A stretch of DNA of 64,000 nt from Babesia bigemina (lineage: Eukaryota): positions 186,001-250,000 of the forward strand of contig NC_027220.1 in assembly GCF_000981445.1 (NCBI RefSeq). Direction: 5' to 3'. Both the position numbers and the translations under genes were made by a program. Of this stretch, positions 24,121 through 35,666 are shown piece by piece. The notes under the pieces were generated by a model. It did no database searches. It was not told the DNA's origin and saw only the letters and a program-made list of their open reading frames with translations. Within the stretch, counting starts at the first letter, position 1, and every line of letters starts with the position of its first letter.

Positions 24121-24734
24121 GTGTTGGTCGTTATGTTGGTTTGTGTCTCCAGAGACAGCATTGCTTTGGGTAGAAAATTGCAATTGTAATTGCCAGTTGA
24201 ACGACATATTCTTGTGTTACTATAACTGTTTATTTTTGCATGATTCCCCGTAAGTTAGACCAATGACGTATATCGTAATCACGTACAACTGTACCATGGC
24301 ATTTCATTTTAAACTGACTTAATGGGGAAGATGAGATTCGCCCGTCTACACATATTCCAAGAAGTTGAAAGAGTCGCAGTGCCATTAACAGGCAAAGATG
24401 GATTACGCCGGATATATGTTACTGTAGTTCAAAAGGTACGATGGTGTTATTGAGCGACTGCATTGTCAGTGCCTGCCCACAGTAGACCATAGGTGGGAAT
24501 TAAGACAAGTATGACTTCCTGCCCGTCATATCTTTACATCAAATCTCATTGTACAATATCTAAAAACAGAGTGAATTAAATGACGATTTCCAAGTGAGAC
24601 TTTCAAGGCGACACCGGGCCCACCCACAGCCTGCACCGTGATGGGCTAGGCGAGGAGAAAGTGCGAGGCTATGCACGATGGGATATTACGTGTCAGATAC
24701 ATGTCAATATGGTCGGACTAAGGTAAACATCAGG

Positions 24735-25220
24735 CAACTTGGAAATACGCCCGACACGCATTGGTTCAACAAGAGGTCCGACCTTTCGTGTTGGAACGTG
24801 AGACGTAGTGCCAGAATGCGCACTCGCGTATTAACATAATGATGATATGAGAAATGAATCTAACAGATGGGACTATATGTTGTGGTTGAGATAACTCAGT
24901 AGTCAACTACATTGCAAAGCCCTTGGTTAGATAGAACAAGGTCATTAGTACCTGGTGATGGATGAGCAACGTGCACCACTTTCGAAGATGTGAGCGAGGA
25001 GATAGTGGCTTAACGTTATGGTCACCGCAAGTATTACGATGGAGCATGATGCGGCTAAGGCCACAACATTAAAAACATACACCCAGTACAGTAGGGGCGA
25101 AGGTCACAGCGTATTTATAATCTGATTGTGCCCAGAGCTAGCGCAAAGCACATGGACGTGGCATCGTTGACGTTAAACCTGGTTACAGCAGTAGGAATCG
25201 CCAATTAACGCGGATGGTGG
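24735..25220 (+). mobile_element. Degenerate non-LTR RT fragment between the 6-Cys and ves-like genes
   Basis: WK..PD..FN near 24740; PWLDRTRSLVPG near 24920; in frame from 25082 PSTVGAKVTAYL*...GIVDVKPGYSS, which fits GAK-x22-DVK..Y.S. Confidence 0.5.
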
Positions 25221-25801
25221 GCGGTTGGCTGCTCCACCCCGTGATTACAATGCAGCGAATCTGGATGGTCATCCACGTCGACATCTGACTCGCAGTCTAA
25301 ATGAAATAGTACTTCCTACATCATTTTACTGTTTGCTTGTCTAACTAAGTGCGCACTCCCATAGCGTATATGCTGTTATATGCCTGTAAGCTGCGGGGAG
25401 TCATGAACACGGAGCGGCTCATGATGTGCCATACCACACGCAATCCATCGTACAATTTCCATTGTTGATTGACCAGCGCAAACGCAGCTAACCAACGTGA
25501 GATCAGTATGTACTATTGCCGTCTGAAACATATATACTGCAACGACATGCGTTGCAAATACCGCATGCCACGGTGACTGTAGATCTGTCTGCGATGAGCC
25601 AACATTGTCGTCATTGCGTTATCAACACCGCCTGTTCGGTGTATAGCGACGGCCTATATAATTCGATAACGAACATCTGTATTGGAAGATTACATCTCTG
25701 TCCTCACATACCATTAAAACACGGCTGCTTGTACATCGGCTTGTAAATACGGCCAAATCCACACACGTAAAACGATTGCATGGTATAACTTGTTTCTCAG
25801 A

Positions 25802-26773
25802 ATGGTGTACAATTCGTTGACCGAAGCCCCTCACAACCTCAAGGAGGGCATCGATTGGTTGATGGCCCTGAAGGGAACTGATGCTAAAAGCAACTTGGCT
25901 GCTTTGGGCGCTGCTATATACGATTTCCTTGCAGACAAGCCCGTTGGCTTCACGGAGGTGCCAGCTCTTGAGAGAGTTAAGCTTATCACTAAAACGTTCC
26001 TGGGGAAATCAGCGCTTAAAGGACAATGGTTCGTAAGAAGACTGAGAAGTAGATACGACGGGTATATGAGTAGGTACAGCCCCAGACGTGGTAAGCCAAT
26101 GTACTATCTCACCGACAGCGATTTTAACAACGCCGTAAAAGGCAAGGGCCTAACTGCTGATACTATAGCAAACGGCGTAGGCGAAGTTGTGGATGGTTGT
26201 GAGAAGTTCTTGGATGAGATAAAAAACCCTGACCGCTACGAGTCTGCTTACAGTTCGGAAGCGACGTGGGCCAAATCATGTTCGGAAAGGCCACAGGCTT
26301 GCGCAGTGGTATTCGTGGGAATTGCGCCTATGTTATACGTGGGCCTAAGTTCTTTGTTGGATGCAAGCGCAGGTACAATTTTCAGATCCAACAATTCTGA
26401 GCTCAGTTATGGTTCTGTGCAAACATTGAACGCCGTTGGCTACATGGTACCGCAAAGGCGCAGTACAATTATTGTTTCGGATTTCCTCAAGGCGTTGGAA
26501 GGTGTGAGTCATGAGGTGTTGGTCACGCTCTACGACCTTGCCGGGTTTTGGGCTTTCTTTGGATCGAAAAATGCAGCTGTAAAATCTGGCGAGCTTGACA
26601 AGGACGCACAGCACAGAATTGACTTCTATGTCAACATGAAGCCCATTAACCCTCCCAAGAAGAAGCTGCAGTTCATTAAGTCGCCCAGCACATACACTGC
26701 CACCGGATCGAACAACATGTACTATCCCGGTGTGCCAACAGTGTTGGATATGGGTGATACTATCCCACTTTAA
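25802..26773 (+). CDS. Short ves-like (VESA1 N-terminal-type, ves2-like) protein, copy 1, intronless
   Basis: MVYNSLTEAPHNLKEGIDWLMALKG is the typical VESA N-terminal motif; YESAYSSEATW..SC; no TM tail. Confidence 0.85.
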   Translation: MVYNSLTEAPHNLKEGIDWLMALKGTDAKSNLAALGAAIYDFLADKPVGFTEVPALERVKLITKTFLGKSALKGQWFVRRLRSRYDGYMSRYSPRRGKPMYYLTDSDFNNAVKGKGLTADTIANGVGEVVDGCEKFLDEIKNPDRYESAYSSEATWAKSCSERPQACAVVFVGIAPMLYVGLSSLLDASAGTIFRSNNSELSYGSVQTLNAVGYMVPQRRSTIIVSDFLKALEGVSHEVLVTLYDLAGFWAFFGSKNAAVKSGELDKDAQHRIDFYVNMKPINPPKKKLQFIKSPSTYTATGSNNMYYPGVPTVLDMGDTIPL

Positions 26774-26999
26774 TGTGCCTCATCGTCTGCCGTGTCTTTG
26801 TAAGACTGCAGGATGTATTCTTTAACACTTTTATTAATAAATGTTGATATATGTCCAATCTGTCATCCCCTCTGCCCATTGTTTTGAACCGCTAATCGGT
26901 TTACCTAACAAGCAATCTGGTAGGTAAGGTCGTAGACGTATTAAGACAGCGTATTAGTGGCCTATATCTATGAGTCAGTGCAGCGACCCGGCATCGCAG

Positions 27000-27532
27000 T
27001 AAACCGTGGATATGCCTGATACCATCTGGATGTCTGAGGAACACCGTCACTATCGTGGAGATAGGAATCACCAATCAAGACAACCTAGTGGATACGGAGA
27101 AGTTTAAGAAGCAGAAGTATGAAGACCTTATCGAGGACCTCAAGGCGCGACAGTTCAACCAGCAGACCGAGACCCGGATTATCACCTACATTATGACGTG
27201 GGAGGGAATAGCGACAAAGGAGCACAGGAAGTATAGACGGGACCTGGGCATATCGGATCGCATGGAAGCCCACACACAACGGCTAGTGATCCAAGACACG
27301 TTAAATAGTGATGAGGGACATGAGACCGAGAGAAGACTACGATTCCGTAGAAGACCCTCAGGCCCAAACTGGATGGATGCCTGCATGGATGGCACCAGTG
27401 ACGATCGGCAATGGACAGACTCGGAACCCGCAGACGGTGCCAGCGTGAGGCGGCAGTCTTGGTAAACTGAACAGTAGAACAAGTCACATGTAGCTACACA
27501 GCACACTGTAAGGTGATGGGACGTAATAATAA
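27000..27532 (+). mobile_element. Non-LTR retrotransposon 3' remnant: restriction-like (PD-D/ExK) endonuclease, 3' UTR, (TAA)3 end
   Basis: DMPDTIW (frameshift) NTVTIVEIGITNQDNLVDTEKFKKQKYEDL...IITYIMTWEGIATKEHRKYRRDLGISDRMEAHTQRLV gives the PD..E..K..KY signature. TAATAATAA at 27524-27532. Confidence 0.85.
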
Positions 27533-28149
27533 CGGTAAAATGGAAATTGTGTAGAATTTCGTTATTCCGAGAAACATTCATGGACCTTTCACTCTATGCA
27601 ATATATTGTTCCCATTGGTGTAACATTTATGTGGACATATACACGTATTAGACACTGAAGTGCAAAAACAGGCAAGCGTAGCGCAACACACGTTCACATG
27701 ACGTTGTAATGTGATAGCCGTGCGTTCTACTTGAGTTGTGCCGTCATAGTATAGATTCGTGTCGATATATTTAATTTCACTTAAGCTTCTTGACCATGGT
27801 GCTGATAAAACCGCGGTAGGTGTGTGGCGAGCTACGATGTCGTTTTGAAACGCTTCGTCTATTACCAAACGATGATATCAACCAGCGAACTTCTACGCAT
27901 CAATGTCATAGTTATATTAGTCACATATCATGGCGTATCGGGTTAGTCTATATTGAAGTTGGTCTTACACATTCAGGTCTCACACACTTGTCAAGAGAAC
28001 AACGCCAAGCAAACTTTCCCGTTACAGACGAAACCTCAGATTACTTGCTTGTAAGAAACGCTAGAAAGGTAATTATTGGCATTTGCGTTCTCATGCGCAT
28101 TCAGTTCTGCGATGGAGGTACGATTAAGAAGGCGACATTCGAGGTATTA

Positions 28150-28550
28150 GTCAGCATCCCATTGACATTATGCCACGCCAGGGACTCCTGGAAGACTTGC
28201 TGAGAACATGTAGTACTTCTGATGATTGCACATTTCTCTGCCATGCATCCCATAAGCGTTTACCTCCTGGTGCTGCTGACACCGGCGCACCTCATGATTC
28301 TGATGGTCACATACCACGTCCTTCAACGACGTGGCTATGCAGTGGGTATGGATGGACGTCACTCTATCCAAAGAACGGCTGGGTGACCGCTATTAAGGGC
28401 GTTGCGTTGAGAGACCTATGCAAGCCCTTCACTGTCTGGCTGAACCAGACGGCGGTACGTAGTATGCATTGTACACTGTAACACATCGCAGGAGTGCCCA
28501 AGTAGCGACTTTTTGGACGTCGCAAGGGGATTGTCTCCAGATCAAGCATC
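28150..28550 (-). mobile_element. Possible highly degenerate RT domain-7/thumb fragment
   Basis: IPLRRPKSRYLG...TVKGLHRSLNATPLIAV, and later LP...RGIMS, resemble YKYLG...V.RL...LNAKNL...LP....GRGL. Confidence 0.3.
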
Positions 28551-28695
28551 GTTATTGTGAGTCGTTGCTCTCATTCATGCCGTCATGACAGTAAAGGTGC
28601 ACCAAGACCCCGGGATGTACATATTTCGTAATGGTAATTTTTTAGCCACGTCAAACCACACAAGCGATCAGAGTCTGGAATCTCACGATACTTCG

Positions 28696-28966
28696 ATGGC
28701 ATTCGCAACTCTAACCCACTTTTGTAGAGGTGGGTTTAGTTGGGATTGATACTTCACCCGTGATAGGCGTACCCCAAAGGAGGGTCGCCCGAGAAGGCCA
28801 CTTTATCGCAACTACGCATGACATCGCAAAAAAGATACAAGACAACGGTGCCTCAAAGCGCTCACTTGGGTCTAGGATCGCGCTGTATTTCGGCGGGCCG
28901 CTCACGAACGACGCGTACTACGATGATAAGACTCCTGGGTCTTTGGTGCCGGCGTCACGCCTCTAA
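28696..28966 (+). CDS. Small 77-aa spliced protein (intron 28730-28766), possibly mitochondrial
   Basis: A canonical 37-nt GT-AG intron yields MAFATLTHFCRGVPQRRVAREGHFIATTHDIAKK...YFGGPLTNDAYYDDKTPGSLVPASRL. Confidence 0.55.
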
Positions 28967-28985
28967 TATAGATTAAATCACAACA

Positions 28986-31900
28986 TTAACACGGCAACTC
29001 TGTCACTGTGGCATTGCCGTCAGCAGTGGTGAGTACCAAGAATCTGTTTTGAATGATCTGGGCGTCGATGATTTCTGGAAGCAACGTAGCCTTGTTGGTG
29101 CACGCCTCTCTTGACGGCGACTCCACAAACTTGATACCTAGGTACTCGCTAATGCTCGTAACGAAACCGTCACTTGTTGTTGTGTCTGCCGAGTTCGCCC
29201 GTGGCTGTGCGACGCCTTCAAATATTCGTGTAGGTTCAGAAAAGATGCCGTTGAGCCTGAACATTGCCACTGCGCCATCCTGCGTAACGGTGACGATGTT
29301 TCCACCGACATAAAAACACTTTACGACGGCGCAGGAATGTACATGGCAGGTCACTGTGATTTCGCTGGTGGCCGCGCTGAAGAGCATCATATCGCCCATC
29401 GAATCAAAAACGACCATGTCGTATTCTAGCCCGTTTGAATTTCGCGAATCCAATCTCATCGCCGGAATGGGCAACACACATGTGAAACGTACGGCAGAGG
29501 AGGCGTGTTTCTTTTTATGAAAGATCGAGTGCGGTACGTTGGTGCTGTTTGCGATAACCACCTTGAGTTTGGGCGAATTGTTTTTGTTGAAGTCTACAAG
29601 GTCCCAAATACACAAACAAGGGATGTGCATGTCTGTCACGCAGCGTAAAATGTGATCCGGGTGGCTTCCTGGAGATGAAGTTTCTGTATTATCGATTATG
29701 ATCGGACTTGAAACATTGGATAGCGAACTAGTATTTTGGCATCCCACATCACCATCCCTCGTATCAATAACTCTGACATCGGGAGTTACCATGTCATGCA
29801 ACACACCGTTGCCGATTGTGGCGACATACGTATCCGAGAGCCAGGTGGACTCGGTGGCGGCGGTATGCGCCCGGAAGGAGATGGATGGTATGGCTATTTC
29901 TCTATCCCCATCCTCGACGTACATAATCTGTTTTAGATGATAAATGAGCATCCAGCCACTTTTGTCGAGGACTGCGAGCGAGTCCGCTGACCACGCCACG
30001 CTGCAAAGGTCACCGAACACCGAACCCTTACCACGGTTCAAATGCATGTCCGTGACGCAGTCGTAAACGATAGTGCGGTCGGAAGCACATCCCGCACTGT
30101 CCAAGCCTGTATTCGCAGTCCTCATGAGCGTCACGGGGTGCTGCAAGGATACGTTGTAAGCCGGCATATGTTTCGGAGGATTCTCACCATATACAACCGC
30201 GTATATAGGCCAGAATGGGTGCCCACATATACCTCCAGAAGGCCCTCCTAGAGATGGGTCTTTAGAGTTGTTGCGCGCATTAAAGCATTTGTGGAATTTC
30301 TCGGCTAAAGCGGCGAACTTAGACACCTTAACGGCATACTTTTTCTCGAGACGGTTTTTGCTGTACATGGTCATGATTCGCATCAACTTTACGTATAGAG
30401 AATAGTGCAGTGGCATAGGCTTTGATTTGTTCACTGCCTCAAATATCTCGCTTAGTGCACCTTGCGACAACTCGTCAGGCAACGCGGATAGCGTGCAGGG
30501 TCCGCGCAAGTTTAGCATAGCCATCATATGCAGGTCACTGATCACCGGACCTACTATAGCCTTTGCCGTAAGCCCTTTAGCGCCTTCGCATATTGTAGTG
30601 CTTGGCATTGCATAAGACGGTGAAGCAAGCCTTCCCTTAAACGCGTGCAAAGTCTTGAACCGCAACATTCGCAGGACTTTAAAGATTGTAACTTCACCTT
30701 CGCAAGTGTTTTTGCGGTCGCCCTTATTTCGTTCTTTTAATTTAGCTTCAGCAGCCACACGCTCCTGACTCCATGCCTGCGGAGGTGCGAACATGGCGGT
30801 CATTGGCATTACCAAGGGTAACGCCTTGGACTCCGTAGTCATAGCCTGCGGTTGCTCTCCCATTTCAGTTACACGACAACAGGTTCCTTTGCTCCTGTAT
30901 CCGTTTTTATAGGTGGGATGCATGTGCCGGTTGAAAATACTAGCAGTACGGAATCCGCAGTGTAGCAGCCTCCACAGCTTTTCAAATTCCGTTCCGTATA
31001 CAGACGCTACGTATTGTTCCAGGAACGAATCATACACATGGCACTCTGCGTCTTTTACTTTGCAGTCCACGGGTTTCTCGAGGTCTATGCGCAGGGACAG
31101 CATAGGAAATACTATACCTGTGGAGTTTAGCGCGTCCTCCACCACTTCACTTTTGACATTATAGAAGAGAAACTTGGATGCCGAATATAACAGACGGTCC
31201 ATCAATGCTTGTTCAGCGGATTCGGCGTGCTCCGCAAACTTATAAAACCAGCTGCGACATATACCCATGAGAGTCTCCAACACCGCTGTTCCTAGGCATA
31301 TGCCGAAGAATGCGTGTTTTGGTGGCGTCTCGATTGAATGTAGAACGTTTATTAGCTGCGGTTCAAGCGTCTTACCCGGGGTACCGAAACACAGGGGTTC
31401 GATTGTTCGCAGCAAGCACGCGAGAAATTGATCCCCAGAACCCTGGTTGTTCAATAGGTTATTAAGCACTACCAATTGACCCATGAATGCACGGTATATC
31501 TGCCCATTCACCCCACGATCAAAACAGGTGATGGAAAGCAGTGATGCGACTGACAGTATTATACATGACGAGAAGCTGTCCCTGCCTTCCATTATGGCGC
31601 GTAACATAAGCGCCAACATGAACGTGCCATCAATGGCAGCGTCCCCCTCGAAGAATGCGATACACATTTTGCACAGGTGAGAAAAATAATCCGGGAGGTG
31701 CTGTACCGTCTCGAACGTATTGCGATTAAGGGATGCCTTGCCACTAACAGATCCCACAGTCAGCTCTAGACCGTACAAGCCTTTTAGGTTATTGAGTAAG
31801 TGTATGAGATACAAATAGAACCCATCCTGATACAGTTCCAAATCGCAATCTCTATTTGATTCCGATGACAAGGGCGATTGATCAGAATGTTTGTTGGCTG

Positions 31901-34900
31901 GGCCGTTGGCAGCGCTCGATGCATCCATCGCACTTGAATTGTCGATTTCACTTCCGTTATTTGAGACACCCTTATCGCCGTTATTTATGTTCTCCTCACA
32001 AAGGCGCAGCATGGTTTGTACGCAATCCTGATAAAGCGAGCAGTTATCAAGGTCATTCTTCACAAGGTGCTGCATGTTAGATTGCACAACCAGTGGTTTC
32101 CAGATGTTAGGGCCATCAGTTACGTTGAGCGAGTTTATAAGGATGCCCATCAGGGGCATCCCCATATCTATGTAACCATCAGCGCAACGGATGATGGTGT
32201 CCCGCATGACGTCCTCACTAATATGTTTAAAACGTATGCCTGTGTACAGGTAGTACACCAGGTCGTTTACCGTGTTCACATCTACATTTATGACGCAATC
32301 GGAACTCATGTTGCATTGCAGAATATCTTTCACTTTCGAAGGCTTCATTAAGCGTAATGCATCCTCGATGTCATGTTGACGTATCTTACATATTAGGCAG
32401 GCGAGCTGGGCATTGTCCATATATTGGAAGCACACATTGACAGCGTCGCCGACCCTGTCCGCTAACAAGAAAAATCCCGCAGCCAAAAGGTAACGTTTCT
32501 GTGCAATAAGTGCGTAAGCATTCTTTACAGCAGCCTGCTTCCACTTCTCGTCCGAAAAGTTGTTAGAGAGGAACTCCCCCAACTTCTGGAATCCCTTGGC
32601 CTTAAGAACACACCCATACACCAGCGGCTTGCCGCGCAGGATGGACCAGAACCCGAAATCGTCAAACTTATCAACGCTCGATCCGGTATCTGTGACGGAG
32701 ATGAGTTTGCGGAAGCCGCGTTCCAGGGTTGAACAGAACTGTTCTATACAAGTTGGAGTTCGTACCCAATATCCTATACCAAAACTTTTCATGTGCTGCA
32801 GCAGATAGTTACACAATTCCTGATCGTCTCCACTGTCTAACAGAGCAATCATATTTGAAAAAAGATGATGATCGTCTTTGAAGAGGATGGCCCATACCAA
32901 ATGGTCCTCGTCATCAGATCCATACTTGACATAATCGACACATCTGCCGATGCAGAAATCATCCGTCAGGATCTTCGACGGACACGTTAGGCTTGCAAGC
33001 TCGTCGTTCGTCCGCCACATTTGCACCTTCTCCTTTTCCTTGCCAGATTGCAGCAGGTGCTGTGCCTTTCGTATAAGCGGGCAAGACACAGACCGATCAC
33101 CATCACACGGATCCTCGTCTTTTTCGTCATCAGAGGTCAAACTAAAGTCTATGCTTTCGTCAATATTGAAGTCTTCATACCTCTTTGCTTCATTCATGAG
33201 CAAGAAGTTGCTAAGGGTATCCATTCTGCTTATAGGTTTCTGATGCGATGCGTGGTTACCGATAAATTTCGCTGCGCCGGAATTCTGGAACTGCGTCTCT
33301 ATAAGTTGCATGAGCTCAAGCTGATCCTGCCAAATCAACCCTGGTAACCTCATGTGCTCTAAATACAAAAGTAGCTCTTTTGCTGCAACTCCCTCAGTGA
33401 TGTCAACGGATGGAATGTTAACACCAACTTCAACACCAAGATTGGCGGGGTCTACGTTGACAAGAACTGAAAATGTTTGCAGCAGCCGCAACGATGTAGT
33501 TCGATCAAAATCGGTGAACATTTGCACATGTTTGACTTTGGTAGTGAGGCAATCACAAGGGTGGTGCAGCGTATTAGTCGATCCACAAGCGTTGTCTTCT
33601 GCCAGTTTCACAAGGAAGTTACGGCATACCTCGACGAGGCCGCAAACTAACTCATCTACGAACCTGCGAAGCCCAATATCAACAAACGCTTTTATATAGC
33701 GCGGATGATAAATAACAAGCGAGTCTCCATCCACCTTGGCCCCTGTAGACAGCCTGAGGGTAATCGTACTCTGTGCTTGCGAGCTGCAGATAAGCGTACC
33801 ACCGCGTAGGCTGTATCGAGCCCCCCGTACCTCCAACGGAAGTTTCCTCACTATACCAGTGAATAGATCCCGTATCTCATTATCTGCAATGGCAGACAGG
33901 TGCAAGATGTCAGCACCTTTGATGAGGTATATGTGAACGGCGTTGTCGGAGGTTGCATTGCTGCCCGCAAGTAGACATCGAGTCATGAGATATAATGGAC
34001 CTCCTTCGTACCATACACCAAACTCCATTATGAGTTTTTCCTTGTCTGGAGCCAGCTGGAACGGCCACGATGCATCCAGAGTCAGTTTACACGCATTCCA
34101 GCAGTAGATGCTGCAGCGAGTAACGCCTACAGAATCTACAAGGAACATCGCGACAAGCACACGATCATTGTGCTTCAGCACCTTCATGGCGTTAACATGC
34201 GCAACTTTTGGTATCTGCAATTTGTTGTAGGATATAAGGGCGTGATTTGTGTGAGATGCACGACACAACCCAACGCTTCCATTCCTGTGCAACACCAGGG
34301 CAAGAAAGTGCCCGGGATCAGATATCGATTCCGCTTCCACAACATCCACATGTGCATTTAGCTTGCTCAGAATTGCTTCCTCCATATTTACGTTGGAAGA
34401 TATATCGTCCAATGCAGCCATGCGAGGGATGAAGAGAGGGGAGTAAGCACGACAAAGGTAGCGCACCACGAGCCCGATCACATTGTCAGTCCCTTGCATA
34501 CTACAATCTTTGAGGAAAATATCGCCGGGCGCTATCAGCAACTCGACTGGGAGTCCAAGGTCGCTGACGCCTTTGATTGTGCAAGGCGGCAGGAACTTGT
34601 GCAGCGCAATAGCTATTTGATTTCCAAGCATGCCTTCCACAACTTCCTCACATGGTTCTCCATTTATGCTGCGCGATACTAAGGTCATCCATCGGCTTGC
34701 CTGGAAGCCATTCGCCGGATGAACTTTCGTCGGTCGCATGGTGTCTGGCGAGTATAGAGTTATTAAGCCCGTTTGCAGCGTGTGTTTGCACAGTTGGACA
34801 CATTGGATGTTTTGAACAACTACCGGCAGTGCAATGTCCTGGTGGCTTATAAGGAATTCGCCGTTTACATTGCCGCTGGGCGAATGGATCCCCTGTAACG

Positions 34901-35666
34901 CTAATATTTTAAAATGTTGCTTATGGACGCTGCAATCACCTCCAGAACATCTGCCAGCGTGTTCCGACTTCGATTGCACACCACTAGACTTGATTGATTC
35001 TGCGTGGCAGGGTCCCCCATTATCCACTTCCTTCGTCCGGCTCGTGCCATCCGTTACTTCGTGGAAGATGATAAATTCCTGGCCAGTGAAGATAGAATCG
35101 ACGCCTATTGAAGTCATATCCACCCAAAACGCTGATGCCGATGGGCCGAAAACGTTCTCTCCGATGTCTACCTGGAAAATGAGATCACAATCTGCCTTCG
35201 ATGCTCCAATGCGCCAGACATAGGCGATCATATCCCTTGTTATTGATACCAGCAGTTCGTACCCACGAGATGCACATCCTCGGTTCCAATTAGCGTTGGT
35301 GACGTGTGCCTTGTGCTTGAGCGCACGTACACCCTCCGGAGCGGCGCATTTAGCTTTCCTCAGACGTGCAGATCCGCCATCTGCCCCGATGATGCGCGGA
35401 TCGCGGCGCGACGTCCACCACTTAGCCAAGCTGCCCTCATGTTCGTATTGGAATACGTATAGGGTCGCCTCCAATGGGCTGTCTGAAGCACACTCTCTGC
35501 CATTCTCCACGCTAAGGATGGCGGCTGCTAGACGTGCGTCGCTTCCGCTACTGCCTTCCGCACCGCTTGCTATGCTCAGGAGATCGTATACGCGTTCCGT
35601 ACAGTTCGCCAAATCGGCAGGCTCCTGACGATGAGCTGCCTTCCGCGTCATCACGCCCGGTCTCAT
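28986..35666 (-). CDS. Rav1/DMXL (rabconnectin-3 alpha)-like V-ATPase assembly factor
   Basis: Rav1p_C motif GIGYWV...FLSNNFSDEKWKQAAVKNAYALIAQKRYLLAAGFFLLA..V.DAVNVC in a 2226-aa ORF with WD-like ends. Confidence 0.85.
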   Translation of the reverse strand: MRPGVMTRKAAHRQEPADLANCTERVYDLLSIASGAEGSSGSDARLAAAILSVENGRECASDSPLEATLYVFQYEHEGSLAKWWTSRRDPRIIGADGGSARLRKAKCAAPEGVRALKHKAHVTNANWNRGCASRGYELLVSITRDMIAYVWRIGASKADCDLIFQVDIGENVFGPSASAFWVDMTSIGVDSIFTGQEFIIFHEVTDGTSRTKEVDNGGPCHAESIKSSGVQSKSEHAGRCSGGDCSVHKQHFKILALQGIHSPSGNVNGEFLISHQDIALPVVVQNIQCVQLCKHTLQTGLITLYSPDTMRPTKVHPANGFQASRWMTLVSRSINGEPCEEVVEGMLGNQIAIALHKFLPPCTIKGVSDLGLPVELLIAPGDIFLKDCSMQGTDNVIGLVVRYLCRAYSPLFIPRMAALDDISSNVNMEEAILSKLNAHVDVVEAESISDPGHFLALVLHRNGSVGLCRASHTNHALISYNKLQIPKVAHVNAMKVLKHNDRVLVAMFLVDSVGVTRCSIYCWNACKLTLDASWPFQLAPDKEKLIMEFGVWYEGGPLYLMTRCLLAGSNATSDNAVHIYLIKGADILHLSAIADNEIRDLFTGIVRKLPLEVRGARYSLRGGTLICSSQAQSTITLRLSTGAKVDGDSLVIYHPRYIKAFVDIGLRRFVDELVCGLVEVCRNFLVKLAEDNACGSTNTLHHPCDCLTTKVKHVQMFTDFDRTTSLRLLQTFSVLVNVDPANLGVEVGVNIPSVDITEGVAAKELLLYLEHMRLPGLIWQDQLELMQLIETQFQNSGAAKFIGNHASHQKPISRMDTLSNFLLMNEAKRYEDFNIDESIDFSLTSDDEKDEDPCDGDRSVSCPLIRKAQHLLQSGKEKEKVQMWRTNDELASLTCPSKILTDDFCIGRCVDYVKYGSDDEDHLVWAILFKDDHHLFSNMIALLDSGDDQELCNYLLQHMKSFGIGYWVRTPTCIEQFCSTLERGFRKLISVTDTGSSVDKFDDFGFWSILRGKPLVYGCVLKAKGFQKLGEFLSNNFSDEKWKQAAVKNAYALIAQKRYLLAAGFFLLADRVGDAVNVCFQYMDNAQLACLICKIRQHDIEDALRLMKPSKVKDILQCNMSSDCVINVDVNTVNDLVYYLYTGIRFKHISEDVMRDTIIRCADGYIDMGMPLMGILINSLNVTDGPNIWKPLVVQSNMQHLVKNDLDNCSLYQDCVQTMLRLCEENINNGDKGVSNNGSEIDNSSAMDASSAANGPANKHSDQSPLSSESNRDCDLELYQDGFYLYLIHLLNNLKGLYGLELTVGSVSGKASLNRNTFETVQHLPDYFSHLCKMCIAFFEGDAAIDGTFMLALMLRAIMEGRDSFSSCIILSVASLLSITCFDRGVNGQIYRAFMGQLVVLNNLLNNQGSGDQFLACLLRTIEPLCFGTPGKTLEPQLINVLHSIETPPKHAFFGICLGTAVLETLMGICRSWFYKFAEHAESAEQALMDRLLYSASKFLFYNVKSEVVEDALNSTGIVFPMLSLRIDLEKPVDCKVKDAECHVYDSFLEQYVASVYGTEFEKLWRLLHCGFRTASIFNRHMHPTYKNGYRSKGTCCRVTEMGEQPQAMTTESKALPLVMPMTAMFAPPQAWSQERVAAEAKLKERNKGDRKNTCEGEVTIFKVLRMLRFKTLHAFKGRLASPSYAMPSTTICEGAKGLTAKAIVGPVISDLHMMAMLNLRGPCTLSALPDELSQGALSEIFEAVNKSKPMPLHYSLYVKLMRIMTMYSKNRLEKKYAVKVSKFAALAEKFHKCFNARNNSKDPSLGGPSGGICGHPFWPIYAVVYGENPPKHMPAYNVSLQHPVTLMRTANTGLDSAGCASDRTIVYDCVTDMHLNRGKGSVFGDLCSVAWSADSLAVLDKSGWMLIYHLKQIMYVEDGDREIAIPSISFRAHTAATESTWLSDTYVATIGNGVLHDMVTPDVRVIDTRDGDVGCQNTSSLSNVSSPIIIDNTETSSPGSHPDHILRCVTDMHIPCLCIWDLVDFNKNNSPKLKVVIANSTNVPHSIFHKKKHASSAVRFTCVLPIPAMRLDSRNSNGLEYDMVVFDSMGDMMLFSAATSEITVTCHVHSCAVVKCFYVGGNIVTVTQDGAVAMFRLNGIFSEPTRIFEGVAQPRANSADTTTSDGFVTSISEYLGIKFVESPSREACTNKATLLPEIIDAQIIQNRFLVLTTADGNATVTELPC

